DNA of 64,000 bases from Nitrospirota bacterium (GCA_963749655.1 CAVVOB010000018.1:1-64000), one strand, 5' to 3'; positions 22,149-32,782 are shown, counted from the stretch's first letter. Made by a program: numbers and translations. Notes: generated by a model from the sequence alone, not told the origin.

Positions 22149-22544
22149 TTATCCCTGCCATTCATGGGCCAGTGTTTTTACCTTGACTGCCATTTCAGGT
22201 GTAAACTCCGTTATCCCATGGGCATCCCGTGCATGCACGGCAACACCGTCGGCAAGCAGTTCCTCGGTCTGGGCAATGTATCTCCAGGTGCAGTCCATTC
22301 CCAGGTCCTTGCACAAAAACTCCTTCAATACGGGATTCTCATCGGACGCCTCCAATGCCGGTTCACGGGACTCTTGATCGTTGAACGCATTCTTTATCCT
22401 GCCCACAGTATCGGGTGACAGTGCTTTTACACCGTGGACATCGCGTAAATGGATGGCAGCGACATCGAGCAGAAGTTCCTCGGTCCGTTCCTTATGCATC
22501 CAGCTGCAATTGTTTCCTAAATCCCTGCACACAAGCGTTTTCAT
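22149..22544 (-). CDS. Tandem DUF1059-like small metal-binding protein
   Basis: Two copies of C(R/K)DLG..C.W....TEE.L....A.H.R..HG. Confidence 0.7.
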   Translation of the reverse strand: MKTLVCRDLGNNCSWMHKERTEELLLDVAAIHLRDVHGVKALSPDTVGRIKNAFNDQESREPALEASDENPVLKEFLCKDLGMDCTWRYIAQTEELLADGVAVHARDAHGITEFTPEMAVKVKTLAHEWQG

Positions 22545-22747
22545 GGCGCACCTCCCAGTGATGATTAAGTATCATATAAGGCAAAATAACTCTGATTTAA
22601 GTATATCACCGGAGAGAGGAAGGAATAGGAATGGCGGCGGTGGAGTAATAGGACGGTGTATCAATAAAGAAGCCGGCTGGCAGGGAGCCAGCCGGCGGCA
22701 CAGTAAATTTTGAGAGACATTACCGGCCCTGAGAACCGGACTGCGTT

Positions 22748-23992
22748 TTAATTCAGGCCGCCGTATGAATGGAGACCGGACAACACGAGGTTCACGCCGA
22801 GATAGGTAAAGATCACAGCCAGGAATCCCACGGCCGAGATGACGGCCATCTGGGTGCCCTTCCATCCCCGCACATAGCGGGAATGGAGATAGATCGCATA
22901 GACGAACCAGGTGATAAGCGACCACGTCTCCTTCGGGTCCCAGCTCCAGTAGGTGCCCCAGGCGCTGTTTGCCCAGACGGCGCCCGTGATGATGCCCGCG
23001 GTGAGCAATGGCCAGCCGATGGCGATCATGCGGTAGGTAACATCGTCAAGCTGGTTTTGAGGAGGAATATACTGATTGAGCAGGGTCCTCAAGCCCATCC
23101 CTTTGGACCAGATAAAGTAAAACAGGGCAAGTACGACGCCCCAGCTGATGATGGCAACTGCCGGCGAATCATTCAGGAGCGTCGATTCGAACATGTGCTT
23201 TTTGAAAGACTCCCCTGCCGCGAGATGTTTGAGGGAGACCAGGTAGACGAAATCAATCCCCATGCCGACGAGGAGTGAGATCGCCAGTGTTACGCACAGG
23301 GACCAGAAGAGATACACCTGCGATTTGTTCCGGGCGCCCGCTACAATGAGGTAGATGAACCATGCTAAAACCAGCACGCCCATCGACATCCAGAAAACGG
23401 TTTTCATCCGCTCGCCCTGGCTTGCCATGAAATTCCCGATAAGCGCCAGCACAGCGATCGCCCCCGCTCCTGCGGCGACGTTCACTGCGGAACCCCTCCC
23501 GTCCGTATCCATGAGCAGGTAGATCATGCTGATGGCGAAAGCAACGCCGAAGGCCGCATAGCCCAGGAAGCTTACCAGCACGTGATAGAACAGCCAGTTG
23601 CTCTTGAGGGCCGGAACGAGCGGCGTGATGTCGGCGCTGATTCCCGCAACATTGATGAACGCCAGCGCGAGAAAGGCCACCGGCAGGACAAAGGCGCCGA
23701 AGGCCTTCGTCTTGTACTTGAACTCCACGAACAGGTAGATCAGGACCGTACTCCAGGTAAAGAAAACGAGCGACTCGTAGAGATTGGACAGCGGCACCCT
23801 TCCGATGTCCATCTGGTATGATTCGTACCACCGCAGCAGCAGGGCCACGGTCTGGATCGCGAACCCGGCCATGGTCACGACCGTCGCGGCCAGTCCGATG
23901 GTGTGCTTCTTGAATGCGAGGTAGCTGATGTAGAGCACCATGGCTGCAAGATACGCCAGGGTCGCTATGCTAAAGAGCAATGAACTTTCCAT
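22748..23992 (-). CDS. ccsA: Cytochrome c biogenesis system II heme transporter (CcsA/ResC)
   Basis: PLSNLYES, LVPALKSNWL..HV, GAVWANSAWGTYWSWDPKETWS, GLHSY. Confidence 0.95.
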   Translation of the reverse strand: MESSLLFSIATLAYLAAMVLYISYLAFKKHTIGLAATVVTMAGFAIQTVALLLRWYESYQMDIGRVPLSNLYESLVFFTWSTVLIYLFVEFKYKTKAFGAFVLPVAFLALAFINVAGISADITPLVPALKSNWLFYHVLVSFLGYAAFGVAFAISMIYLLMDTDGRGSAVNVAAGAGAIAVLALIGNFMASQGERMKTVFWMSMGVLVLAWFIYLIVAGARNKSQVYLFWSLCVTLAISLLVGMGIDFVYLVSLKHLAAGESFKKHMFESTLLNDSPAVAIISWGVVLALFYFIWSKGMGLRTLLNQYIPPQNQLDDVTYRMIAIGWPLLTAGIITGAVWANSAWGTYWSWDPKETWSLITWFVYAIYLHSRYVRGWKGTQMAVISAVGFLAVIFTYLGVNLVLSGLHSYGGLN

Positions 23993-24016
23993 TGAATCCT
24001 CCTGAGAACCGCGGGG

Positions 24017-25543
24017 CTACTTTGAAATGTCTTCTATGATCCTGTTGAACTCATTTTCGAACGCGATGCGGTTCCGGTTGGAGGAACCGGCCACAAGAAT
24101 CACGGCCTGGCCCTTGCGCTCCTGAATACGCACCCAAAGTTTGCGATGTGATCCGAAAAAGGCGATAAGCGGACCGACACACAACATGATGAAGCCGGTA
24201 TATACGACCCAGACGCCGGGATCCTTGGTAACCTGGAGACCGGTGTACCTCGTCCCCCAATAGCCGCCGTACGTAATAGTGTAATCTTCGGGCAGGGAAG
24301 GCTGATTGGGGTCCGTTTTCAGGATCATGGTCTGGAAGACCGGCTTGTTTCCGCGCAACACTTCCAGCTGCACGGTCGGATTAATGTACTCCTCGTTCTC
24401 GGTGTGGTAGAACTGGACCTGCCCCGTGGAGGGATTCCGTACGCCGTACGGGGAAAATCCGAGCACTTTGATCGTCCGGTCAATGGACGCGACATATTTC
24501 GATTGTCCCGGCGCAATATAGACTTGTTCGCCGCTCGAGCGGGTGTCGTCCTTCCTGCGGATGTTCAGGACGACCTGCCCGTTGCCTTCCTGAAGAGTGC
24601 CGTAACTCGACTGATAGAATGTGATCCCGTGAAAGGACAGAGGGTCGTTCACCCGTATGCGCTTATCCAGTATTCTTTCACCCTCCATGTTGAACACGCT
24701 CAGGGTGCTGTGGTATTCCGACGGCATCCCGGTGGGCATTCCTGAAGGGCCGATGTAGTAATCGACGTCAAAACTGTTGCATCGGACTATGAATCCGAGC
24801 GGCATGGCAGGGACGCCGACCTGAGGGTTCACGATCACCGGGCTCTTCGCGATGCCGAGGGCGTCCATGATCTGGTCCCACAGAGGCTCGTTCCTGAGAT
24901 AGACGACCTTCGACGCCTGTCCTTCGGGGAGGTTCAGGAAGGCCTTGAACCCGAAGAAGGACCCGATCAGCGCTCCGACAAAGATCAGGATGATGCTGAG
25001 ATGGGTAATGTACACGCCCAGCCTGCTGTAGACGCCCTTCTGGGTGATGAACTGCGACGCGCCCGGTCCTTTCGTTTCTATGTAGCGGTATCGCCGGCTC
25101 TTGAGCACGCTTGCCGCACGCTCCTCCGCCTTCGCGGTTCCGCCTTTGAATTCGAATTCTTTTTTGAAGGGGACCGCCTTCAGGCTGTCTTCGTCAATCG
25201 GCTTGAGGGGGGCGGTCATGATCTTCAGGGTGTGGGGCAGGCGCTCCAGCGTGCAAACGGTCAGGTTTGCCGTGAAGAGAAACAAAAGAAGCACGAACCA
25301 CCAGGTGTGGTACATGTCGAAAAACCCGAGCATCTCGAAAAGCTGAACCGTGGCCTGGCTGTACTCTCTCAGGTATTTTTCCGGAGACTCATTCTGCTGG
25401 ATCACCGTTCCGATCACCGAAACGATCGCCAGTATGATCAACAGCACGACGGCCAGCTTGACGGAAGAAAAAAACTTCCAGACTTTCTCCGCAGCAATCT
25501 CAACAATTCCCTTTTTATTTTCCAAAACAGCCTCCCGTTCCAA
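24017..25543 (-). CDS. resB: Cytochrome c biogenesis protein ResB/CcsB
   Basis: FFSSVKLA, GTVIQQ, YHTWWF, YITHLS, VNDPL....ITFYQSSYG, TGLQVTKDPGV. Confidence 0.93.
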   Translation of the reverse strand: MEREAVLENKKGIVEIAAEKVWKFFSSVKLAVVLLIILAIVSVIGTVIQQNESPEKYLREYSQATVQLFEMLGFFDMYHTWWFVLLLFLFTANLTVCTLERLPHTLKIMTAPLKPIDEDSLKAVPFKKEFEFKGGTAKAEERAASVLKSRRYRYIETKGPGASQFITQKGVYSRLGVYITHLSIILIFVGALIGSFFGFKAFLNLPEGQASKVVYLRNEPLWDQIMDALGIAKSPVIVNPQVGVPAMPLGFIVRCNSFDVDYYIGPSGMPTGMPSEYHSTLSVFNMEGERILDKRIRVNDPLSFHGITFYQSSYGTLQEGNGQVVLNIRRKDDTRSSGEQVYIAPGQSKYVASIDRTIKVLGFSPYGVRNPSTGQVQFYHTENEEYINPTVQLEVLRGNKPVFQTMILKTDPNQPSLPEDYTITYGGYWGTRYTGLQVTKDPGVWVVYTGFIMLCVGPLIAFFGSHRKLWVRIQERKGQAVILVAGSSNRNRIAFENEFNRIIEDISK

Positions 25544-25709
25544 AACAGTCCGGGTAAATTAACACAACGTCCATTAGGTGTCAACCCCGATATTGGAGAA
25601 CATATCAGAAATCCCGCTGATTTCGGCCATGCCGCGTCCCGACCTGGGCGGTCCGGCGGCTTGCCGGACGACGGGTAGCCGTTATTACAGGGGTCGCCCC
25701 CGCCGATTC

Positions 25710-27143
25710 TTATTCGCCGGAAAGATACGAATGAATGGACTGCGCCGCTTTCCTTCCCGCGCCGAGCGCGGAAATGACCGTGGCCGAACCGGTTACGATA
25801 TCGCCGCCGGCGTAGACGCCTTCACAGCTTGTCTTGCCTGTTTCGTCCGCCACGATATAGCCGCGGTCGTTCACGACAAGGTCCCTTGAGCTCCGGGACA
25901 CGAGCGGATTCGTGTTCGTTCCTACCGCCATGATCACCGTATCGGCATTGACCAGGAATTCGGACCCCCGTTTCGGAACCGACCGTCGGCGGCCCGAAGC
26001 ATCGGGCTCGCCCTGCTCCATGCGAACGCACTCGACGGCGCATGAGTGCCCGTCGGTGTCGAGGATCCGTACGGGATTCGTGAGGGTTTCGAACACGATC
26101 CCCTCTTCCTTGGCGTGATGGATTTCCTCTCTCCGCGCGGGCATGTCCTCTTCCGAACGGCGATAAATAATGGTCGTTTCACGGGCGCCCAGGCGCAAGG
26201 CCGTCCTCGCCGAGTCCATCGCGACATTTCCGCCGCCGATGACTGCGACCCGTTCGCCCTTCCGGATCGGCGTGTCGTACTCCGGAGACGAATAAGCCCG
26301 CATGAGATTGACGCGGGTCAGGAATTCATTGGCCGAATAGACGCCGGAAAGATGCTCTCCTTCGATCTCCATGAACTTCGGGAACCCGGCGCCGGTTCCT
26401 ATGAAACAGGCGTCGAACTGCGCCATGATCTCATCAACGCTGATCAGTTTGCCGACCACGGAATTCGTCGCGATCTCTACGCCGAGCTGCCTCAGCACTT
26501 CGATCTCCCGGGCCACGATCTTCTTGGGAAGACGAAACTCGGGAATGCCGTAGACGAGAACTCCCCCTGCCTCATGCAATGCCTCGAGGACCCGGACCTC
26601 GTGGCCGAGTTTGGCCAGATCGTAAGCACAGGCCAGCCCTGCGGGGCCGCTGCCCACTACGGCAACCTTCTTTCCTGTTGGTTCGGATCGTGCGGCGGAT
26701 ACCGCTTGTCCGTTTGCTGCAGACCAGTCGGCGGTAAACCGTTCGAGACGGCCGATCGCCACGGGATCGAACTTCTTTCCCAGGGTGCAGTATTTCTCAC
26801 ACTGGCTTTCCTGTGGGCAAACGCGGCCGCAGACCGCAGGCAGAAGGTTTGCGCTCCTTATGATCTCGAGCGCCCGGCCGAACGCTCCGGCCTTGACCGC
26901 CTGGATAAAGCGGGGGATCGGCACCTGCACGGGACAGCCGCCCACGCATTTCGGATCTGCGCAGTTCAGGCACCGCGCAGCTTCTGACTGCGCCAGCTCC
27001 CGCGAATACCCGAAGGAAACTTCCTCGAAATTGGAGCGCCGCTTCCCGGGCTCCTGCTCGGGCATGGGTGTCTTCCGGGGAACGATCTTTGCGGGCATTT
27101 TTTTATGTTCTCCGGACCCGCTGCTTTTGTTATGATCACTCAC
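25710..27143 (-). CDS. nfnB: NfnB/GltD-like flavoprotein (large subunit of electron-bifurcating transhydrogenase)
   Basis: RCLNC..PKCVGGCP, CGRVCPQESQCE, GSGPAG, YGIPEFRLPK, GGGNVAMD, AGGDIVTG; paired with an nfnA-like gene. Confidence 0.85.
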   Translation of the reverse strand: MSDHNKSSGSGEHKKMPAKIVPRKTPMPEQEPGKRRSNFEEVSFGYSRELAQSEAARCLNCADPKCVGGCPVQVPIPRFIQAVKAGAFGRALEIIRSANLLPAVCGRVCPQESQCEKYCTLGKKFDPVAIGRLERFTADWSAANGQAVSAARSEPTGKKVAVVGSGPAGLACAYDLAKLGHEVRVLEALHEAGGVLVYGIPEFRLPKKIVAREIEVLRQLGVEIATNSVVGKLISVDEIMAQFDACFIGTGAGFPKFMEIEGEHLSGVYSANEFLTRVNLMRAYSSPEYDTPIRKGERVAVIGGGNVAMDSARTALRLGARETTIIYRRSEEDMPARREEIHHAKEEGIVFETLTNPVRILDTDGHSCAVECVRMEQGEPDASGRRRSVPKRGSEFLVNADTVIMAVGTNTNPLVSRSSRDLVVNDRGYIVADETGKTSCEGVYAGGDIVTGSATVISALGAGRKAAQSIHSYLSGE

Positions 27144-28002
27144 GGACAGGCTGCCTTTCCTTCCCGAGCATACGCTCATGGCGTTGCATCCAGGTTTCAA
27201 AGGATTCCTTTTCTTCTTTCCGGTACGTTTTCTGGCGGTTCAGGAGCACATCCCAGTTCACCAGATGGCCGTCGAATTCAGGGCCGTCAATGCACGCAAA
27301 TTTCGTGGCGCCGCCGACGGTAACTCGGCATCCGCCGCACATGCCGGTGCCGTCTATCATGATCGGATTCAGGCTTACCGTCGTTCTGACACCGAGGGGG
27401 CGCGTCGTTTCGGCAACCGCCTTCATCATGATAGCGGGACCGACCGCCATGACCAGGTCCGCTCCGGAAGACTCCAGTTCCTGCGCCAGCGACTCCGTTA
27501 CAATGCCCTTGCTCCCCTTGCTTCCGTCATTAGTCGAGACGAGCACCTTGTCGCTCACGCCGTGCATCTCCTGTTCGTAGATCAGCAGATCCGCACTCCG
27601 TGCGCCCATGATGACGGTCACCGTGTTGCCCGCTGCCTTGTAAGCCCGGGCGATGGGATAGAGGGGCGCAACGCCGAACCCGCCGCCGACCAGGACTACC
27701 CTGCCGACCTTTTCGATGTGCGTCGGCATGCCGAGCGGTCCGCAGAGGTCGAGAATCTCATCGCCTTCCTGGTACGACGAGAGCTCCGTCGTGGTCTTGC
27801 CCACGGCCATGACGATGAGACTGAGCGTTCCGTCCGAAGGATTGATGTCGGCAAGTGAAAGTGGAATGCGTTCGCCCTTTTCATGGAGCCTGATGATTAC
27901 GAACTGGCCGGGCTGTGCTTTTTGTGATATCAGGGGAGCAGCGATCTTATAATAGTAAACATCCGGTTTGCGGATAAGGCGTTTTTCGATGATTTTAGCC
28001 AT
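27136..28002 (-). CDS. nfnA: NfnA/SudB FAD-2Fe2S subunit
   Basis: PGQFVI, GERIPL, GPLG, GGGFG, SLNPIMIDGTGMCGGCRV, CIDGPEFD. Confidence 0.88.
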   Translation of the reverse strand: MAKIIEKRLIRKPDVYYYKIAAPLISQKAQPGQFVIIRLHEKGERIPLSLADINPSDGTLSLIVMAVGKTTTELSSYQEGDEILDLCGPLGMPTHIEKVGRVVLVGGGFGVAPLYPIARAYKAAGNTVTVIMGARSADLLIYEQEMHGVSDKVLVSTNDGSKGSKGIVTESLAQELESSGADLVMAVGPAIMMKAVAETTRPLGVRTTVSLNPIMIDGTGMCGGCRVTVGGATKFACIDGPEFDGHLVNWDVLLNRQKTYRKEEKESFETWMQRHERMLGKERQPVRE

Positions 28003-28283
28003 AGGTGGCAATATTACCACAGATGCTTGACTTTTTTCCAGTGAGAAATCTTTTCTGCTGAGGCTTCACGGGCGGGCACGGCCGAACAGGACTTTCGGCA
28101 TATCCGGCTGATAGAACCTTCGTTGTAAATGCCGGGAAACGGAACATTCTAAAAAATGGGAGTCGCAGTAGAAGCGGATTACCAGGGCAGTCATTCGTTA
28201 TGCTTCATGCCGCTTCTCCGGATTTGATAAACCTGCCCTGCCTGCGGCAGACCGGGAGGGGTATTGGCCGTCTGCCCTCCGGA

Positions 28284-29213
28284 TCACTTACAGATTTCAT
28301 CTTCCTTGCACAGCCCCTCGTCAGCCGATGGCGACGGCGCGCTCAACAGCAGCCCCGGCTGGCTGAACATGTCGATCGAAGTTCCCGTGCCCTGCACGGG
28401 AGCTTCTGCTGTTGCCTTGGCTTTTGGTTTTTGTCCGGGCTTGTCAGCGGATTTTTTTTGAACCGTGCAGGCTGCCAGATAGCGGTCGATCGCCTCCTTG
28501 CCGGTAAGGAACACCTTCTGGTACTTTTCATTCACCATGAGAGTCGGAACACTGTCGATGCCCATGTTTTCCAGGAATCCGGCATACTCGGACACTAGGA
28601 GACGGGCCACGGATATTTTCTTCTCATCCAGCCCCTTGATGAGCTCTGCGCAGTGCCTGCAGTCCTTGCTGTAAAACAGGATAAGCCGTTCATTCGCGGG
28701 CAGGTCCACGGGTATGCCTGCCGGCAGGACGAGATACTGCATGAAAAAGACCGCTCCAAGCGCGCCGAAGCCGGCGATGAGGTCGGCTTCACCGGACAGC
28801 AGCCGGATAATGCCGAGCAGGACGATAAACCCGAAAATGGAGACGCAGATCACACAGACAGTATGTATCCTGAACGCCAGGTATCCCATAAAGAACCCTT
28901 CAGAAGCAAGGGCGACGACGAGAACCAGATTGATGAGGCGCTCGAGCGATGGCTTTCCAAGCTGCCGGCTCGCCACCGTGAGGACGACCAGAGACAGGAA
29001 CGCGGCGAGCCCGACCGAAAAAATGGTGCCGTCTCCGAACCTCGCGTACTGGGCCGTCATCTTGCATCCTTCGTACGCGCAGATACTCTTGCCAAAGGAT
29101 TTTAAAATGAGCTCGACCAGGACGAACAAAGCGGCGAGCGAGGTGACGATCAAAAAAACCGTATTTGCTGTTTGTCTGTTTTTTTGCATATCCTGTCGTA
29201 TTCTCACTCCCAT
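28284..29213 (-). CDS. VKOR-like membrane domain fused to a thioredoxin-like domain
   Basis: TM helices with a CAYEGC loop and CVIC motif, followed by FYSKDCRHC and an SVP cis-Pro motif. Confidence 0.6.
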   Translation of the reverse strand: MGVRIRQDMQKNRQTANTVFLIVTSLAALFVLVELILKSFGKSICAYEGCKMTAQYARFGDGTIFSVGLAAFLSLVVLTVASRQLGKPSLERLINLVLVVALASEGFFMGYLAFRIHTVCVICVSIFGFIVLLGIIRLLSGEADLIAGFGALGAVFFMQYLVLPAGIPVDLPANERLILFYSKDCRHCAELIKGLDEKKISVARLLVSEYAGFLENMGIDSVPTLMVNEKYQKVFLTGKEAIDRYLAACTVQKKSADKPGQKPKAKATAEAPVQGTGTSIDMFSQPGLLLSAPSPSADEGLCKEDEICK

Positions 29214-29239
29214 GTAAAAGACTTGCTCTGTGTTCAGTA

Positions 29240-30559
29240 CTACAGCAGCGTGGCCGCCAGTTCAGCCAGGTCGGAACGCTCGCCCTTGAAGAGCGTGATG
29301 TGCCCGGCGATCGATTCTTCCTTGAACCGTTCGACCACGAACGTCAGTCCGTTGCTCTCCGAATCGATGTAGGGATTGTCGATCTGATAGGGGTCGCCGG
29401 TGAGCACGACTTTCGTGCCCTCGCCCGCCCGCGTAATGATGGTCTTGATTTCGTGGGGTGTGAGGTTCTGGGCCTCGTCCACGATAAGATACTGGTTCGG
29501 CATGCTTCTGCCGCGGATGTAGGTGAGGGGCTCCACCTCGATCATCCCCAGATCGAAGAGACTCTGAAGGTCCTTTTTTCCCTTGACCCGTCCGGCCGAC
29601 GCGGAAGCACCCATGAGAAAGTCGAGGTTGTCCCGGATCGGTTGCATCCAGGGCCTCAGTTTTTCCTCGATGTCGCCGGGAAGGAAGCCGATGTCCTTGC
29701 CCAGGGGGAACACGGGCCGGGACACCACTAAACGCTGGAACGTGCGCGCCTCGATCGTCCGGTCAAGTCCGGCCGCCAGCGCAAGGAGCGTTTTACCCGT
29801 ACCGGCCTTGCCCACGAGCGTCACCAGCCTGATGTCGTCGTTCAGAAGCAGATCGAGGGCGAATTGTTGCTGTTTGTTCCTGGAATTGATGCCCCACACA
29901 CCGTGTTTTGTGCTCACGATGGGCACGAGCGCATTTTTCTGCTGGCTGAACCGGGCAAGTGCCGTCTGCGAGGGATTGGCGCTGTTCTTGATCATCGCAA
30001 ACTGGTTCGGAAAGGGCTTGGGGTCCGCCGGGGGCTTCAATTCTCCCCGGGTGTAGAATTCTTCGACTGCGCCGGGCTCGACCGGGATCTCCGTTTCTCC
30101 GGAATAGAGCTCATCGATCGTGATCGTGTCGGATTCGAAGTCCTCGGCCCGAAGCCCCAACGCATCGGCCTTGATGCGGAGGTTCGTGTCCTTCGTCACG
30201 AGGACGACGGGGAGGTTGTCGTTCTTGAGATTGAATGCCGTTGCGAGGATCCGGTTGTCCGCCTTCGTCGCAATCAGCTCGTTCGGCAGGCTCTGCGGCG
30301 ACTGGTGGTTGAGCTCCACGCGAAGACTCCCGCCGCCTTCCAGCTGCACCCCCTGAGACAGTTTCCCCTTCTGCCGGAATTCGTCGAGGATCCGGGAAAC
30401 CTGGCGGGCGTTGCGGCCGATTTCGTCGATCCCCTTCTTGAATTTGTCCAGTTCCTCGATGACCACGATCGGGATGATCACATCGTTGTCCTCGAATGAG
30501 AAGATCGCCCGGGGGTCATGGAGCAGCACGTTGGTATCCAGTACGAATATCTTTTTCAT
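29240..30559 (-). CDS. PhoH2-type PIN + PhoH ATPase
   Basis: VLDTNVLLHDP PIN domain; GKAGTGKT, GFLPG, YIRGRS, DEAQNLT, GDPYQID. Confidence 0.92.
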   Translation of the reverse strand: MKKIFVLDTNVLLHDPRAIFSFEDNDVIIPIVVIEELDKFKKGIDEIGRNARQVSRILDEFRQKGKLSQGVQLEGGGSLRVELNHQSPQSLPNELIATKADNRILATAFNLKNDNLPVVLVTKDTNLRIKADALGLRAEDFESDTITIDELYSGETEIPVEPGAVEEFYTRGELKPPADPKPFPNQFAMIKNSANPSQTALARFSQQKNALVPIVSTKHGVWGINSRNKQQQFALDLLLNDDIRLVTLVGKAGTGKTLLALAAGLDRTIEARTFQRLVVSRPVFPLGKDIGFLPGDIEEKLRPWMQPIRDNLDFLMGASASAGRVKGKKDLQSLFDLGMIEVEPLTYIRGRSMPNQYLIVDEAQNLTPHEIKTIITRAGEGTKVVLTGDPYQIDNPYIDSESNGLTFVVERFKEESIAGHITLFKGERSDLAELAATLL

Positions 30560-30607
30560 TCATTCTCCTTAATAAGAGCTCGGTGCGAAATGACGCCGGC
30601 ATTTCCC

Positions 30608-31240
30608 TTATCCCGTGATCTCTTCCGATGGGATGGCGCCTTCGCGAAGCACCCGCGGCAGGCCCGTGTCTACGGCCACGACTGTTGACGGTTTTTCTCC
30701 GGCGGTCCTGCCGCCGTTCAAGACGAGGTCCACCGCGGCGCCCAGTGACGCTGCAGCCTCTTCCGCTGTGACGGGACTCGGCCGGCCAGAAATATTAGCG
30801 CTCGTGCCGGTCAAGCCGTGTCCGAGGTACCGCAGCAGGCTCCTCGTCAATTCGTTTCCCGGTATGCGGAGGCCGATGGTGCCGGTCCCTGCAGTAAGTT
30901 CGGCCGGCACGTCCGTCCTGGCCTTGAACACCAGGGTAAGGGGGCCCGGCCAGAACCGTTCCATGAGATCCGCTGCCCGAGGCGGAATTTCCTGAGCCCA
31001 CTGTCCCACCTCTCCGGGGTCTGCGATCAGCAGCAGGACCGGCTGGTCGGACTCTCTCTTCTTGATCTCGAAAAGCCGTTTCACTGCGGCAGGATTTCCC
31101 GGGTCGGCGCCGAGGCCGTAGAAGGTGTCCGTGGGAAAGGCAATCACGCCTCCTGCCGCCACAACGTCCCGGCAGCGGACAAAAGCTGTTTCCGGACGGA
31201 CCGGATCGATCAGGACGAGCTCCGCAGCTTTTCCGGTCAA
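30608..31240 (-). CDS. tsaC: L-threonylcarbamoyladenylate synthase
   Basis: FPTDTFYGLG, FWPGPLTLV, TSANISG, PSTVV, LREGAI. Confidence 0.93.
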   Translation of the reverse strand: MTGKAAELVLIDPVRPETAFVRCRDVVAAGGVIAFPTDTFYGLGADPGNPAAVKRLFEIKKRESDQPVLLLIADPGEVGQWAQEIPPRAADLMERFWPGPLTLVFKARTDVPAELTAGTGTIGLRIPGNELTRSLLRYLGHGLTGTSANISGRPSPVTAEEAAASLGAAVDLVLNGGRTAGEKPSTVVAVDTGLPRVLREGAIPSEEITG

Positions 31241-31257
31241 TGCGTTTCTCCCGCGGT

Positions 31258-32121
31258 TCAATTCGCCGATGGCAATCCTCCGGTAAGCACAATATCGCCA
31301 TTGGGTCTGTTGAGATGCCGGGCAACGACGGGGCATTTTACCTTGAACAGGAAAAAGGTGCGCCCATCGTTCCCCTGAACAAGGGTTTCATAGTTCGCCT
31401 GGCCCTTGCTGATGATCATGTCGGCGCCGCCGTATGCCTGTCGGAAGCGATCGGAGCACGATTCGAGCAGCGTGCCGATGCCGTCGCTGCCGTTGTCCAT
31501 GACGTCGGCGGATTCATGGAGTCCGGCGGCGCGGGCGTCCTCCGCGGTGGCGTCGTTGATCACGGGCGCGCCTTTGACCACGGCGGTTACGAGCTTGCCC
31601 ATGCCCCGCAGGACTTCGAGCAGCACACGGTCGAAGACGATTTCTCCGGCATTGTCGCAGAGGTACAGGATGCGCTTCGACGCAGCCGTCTTCTCGGCAA
31701 ACAGACGGAGCGAATCGCGCGAAAGGGGAAGACGGAACGACTCCTCGATCGATCGGTCAAGGTCGATTGCATCGTAGATTCCGAAGTCGATGACATTTCC
31801 CGCGACGGCGATACGGACACCGCCCTCGAGAGGATCGGCGATCGACGCTGCCATGCGGCGCAGCATCGGAAGGTTGGTCAGGGCGATGCGATTGTACTCT
31901 TCCTTGACGGACCGGTAGGGATCGACCCCCGTTTCCCTGCGGAGCATCCTGTGCAGAACGGTGGTGGTGCGGGCCGGGACCTCGTCGAGCGAAGCGGCTT
32001 CTATGATCCGCGCAGCCTCCCGTGCGATCATACGGCCCTTGTCTCCGTTGATTCCCGTGTACTGCAGAGTACGCGATACCTGTCCGAAAAAGCAGGGCAG
32101 GCACTCAAGCTCTGTTTTCAC
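31258..32121 (-). CDS. DUF89/ARMT1-like damage-control phosphatase
   Basis: ECLPC, DPY, GNVIDFG, DNAGEIVFD, INDAT, KGQANYETL, KVKC. Confidence 0.88.
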   Translation of the reverse strand: MKTELECLPCFFGQVSRTLQYTGINGDKGRMIAREAARIIEAASLDEVPARTTTVLHRMLRRETGVDPYRSVKEEYNRIALTNLPMLRRMAASIADPLEGGVRIAVAGNVIDFGIYDAIDLDRSIEESFRLPLSRDSLRLFAEKTAASKRILYLCDNAGEIVFDRVLLEVLRGMGKLVTAVVKGAPVINDATAEDARAAGLHESADVMDNGSDGIGTLLESCSDRFRQAYGGADMIISKGQANYETLVQGNDGRTFFLFKVKCPVVARHLNRPNGDIVLTGGLPSAN

Positions 32122-32744
32122 GCCGGCTGGCCCTGGGCTGGTGAAGCGCCGCCCGTTTTTTTCTTCCACCGTCTGCGCCGCGACTTTTTCTTCGCCGCCG
32201 GCGCCGGTGCCTCGGCAGGTTCCTGCTCCCGCTGCACCGGGGGAGCGGTGATCGTCATGAGCCGCTTGGCCTTTTCCTCGACCTCCCGCTCCATTTCGAC
32301 CCGGTATATTTTGAGACGGTTCGCGATCTTCACATCGTTCGTCGCAATGATCTGGGCGGCAAAAATTCCCGCGTTCTTGGCGCCGCCTTTGCCGAGAGCC
32401 ATGGTTGCCACCGGGACCCCTCCCGGCATCTGGGCCGTAGCCAGAAGCGCGTCGATCCCCTTAAGGGGCGACGAATCGATCGGCACGCCGATGACCGGCA
32501 GCGTCGTATTGGACGCGACAACGCCGGCCAGATGGGCGGCCCACCCTGCTCCGGCAATGATCAGCTTGAGCCCCCGCTTTTCCGCGCTCTGGCTGTACTC
32601 GACCACTTTCTTCGGCGTCCGGTGGGCCGAAGCAATGGTCATCTCATATTCGATGCCGAATTCCTGAAGCATGGATGCTGCTTCCTGCATGACGGGCAGA
32701 TCAGAGTCGCTGCCCATCAGTATGCCGACGACAGGTTTGGTCAT
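32118..32744 (-). CDS. purE: N5-CAIR mutase with a basic C-terminal extension
   Basis: MGSDSD, SAHRTP, AGAGWAAHLAG, QMPGGVPVAT. Confidence 0.95.
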   Translation of the reverse strand: MTKPVVGILMGSDSDLPVMQEAASMLQEFGIEYEMTIASAHRTPKKVVEYSQSAEKRGLKLIIAGAGWAAHLAGVVASNTTLPVIGVPIDSSPLKGIDALLATAQMPGGVPVATMALGKGGAKNAGIFAAQIIATNDVKIANRLKIYRVEMEREVEEKAKRLMTITAPPVQREQEPAEAPAPAAKKKSRRRRWKKKTGGASPAQGQPA

Positions 32745-32782
32745 GGGAACTCCCTTCTTCAAGATGATGTCTGCAGGTTCCG

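Noticed and set aside
25710-27143. Glutamate synthase small subunit GltD
   Set aside because: There is no gltB nearby, and pairing with an NfnA/SudB-type gene favours NfnAB.
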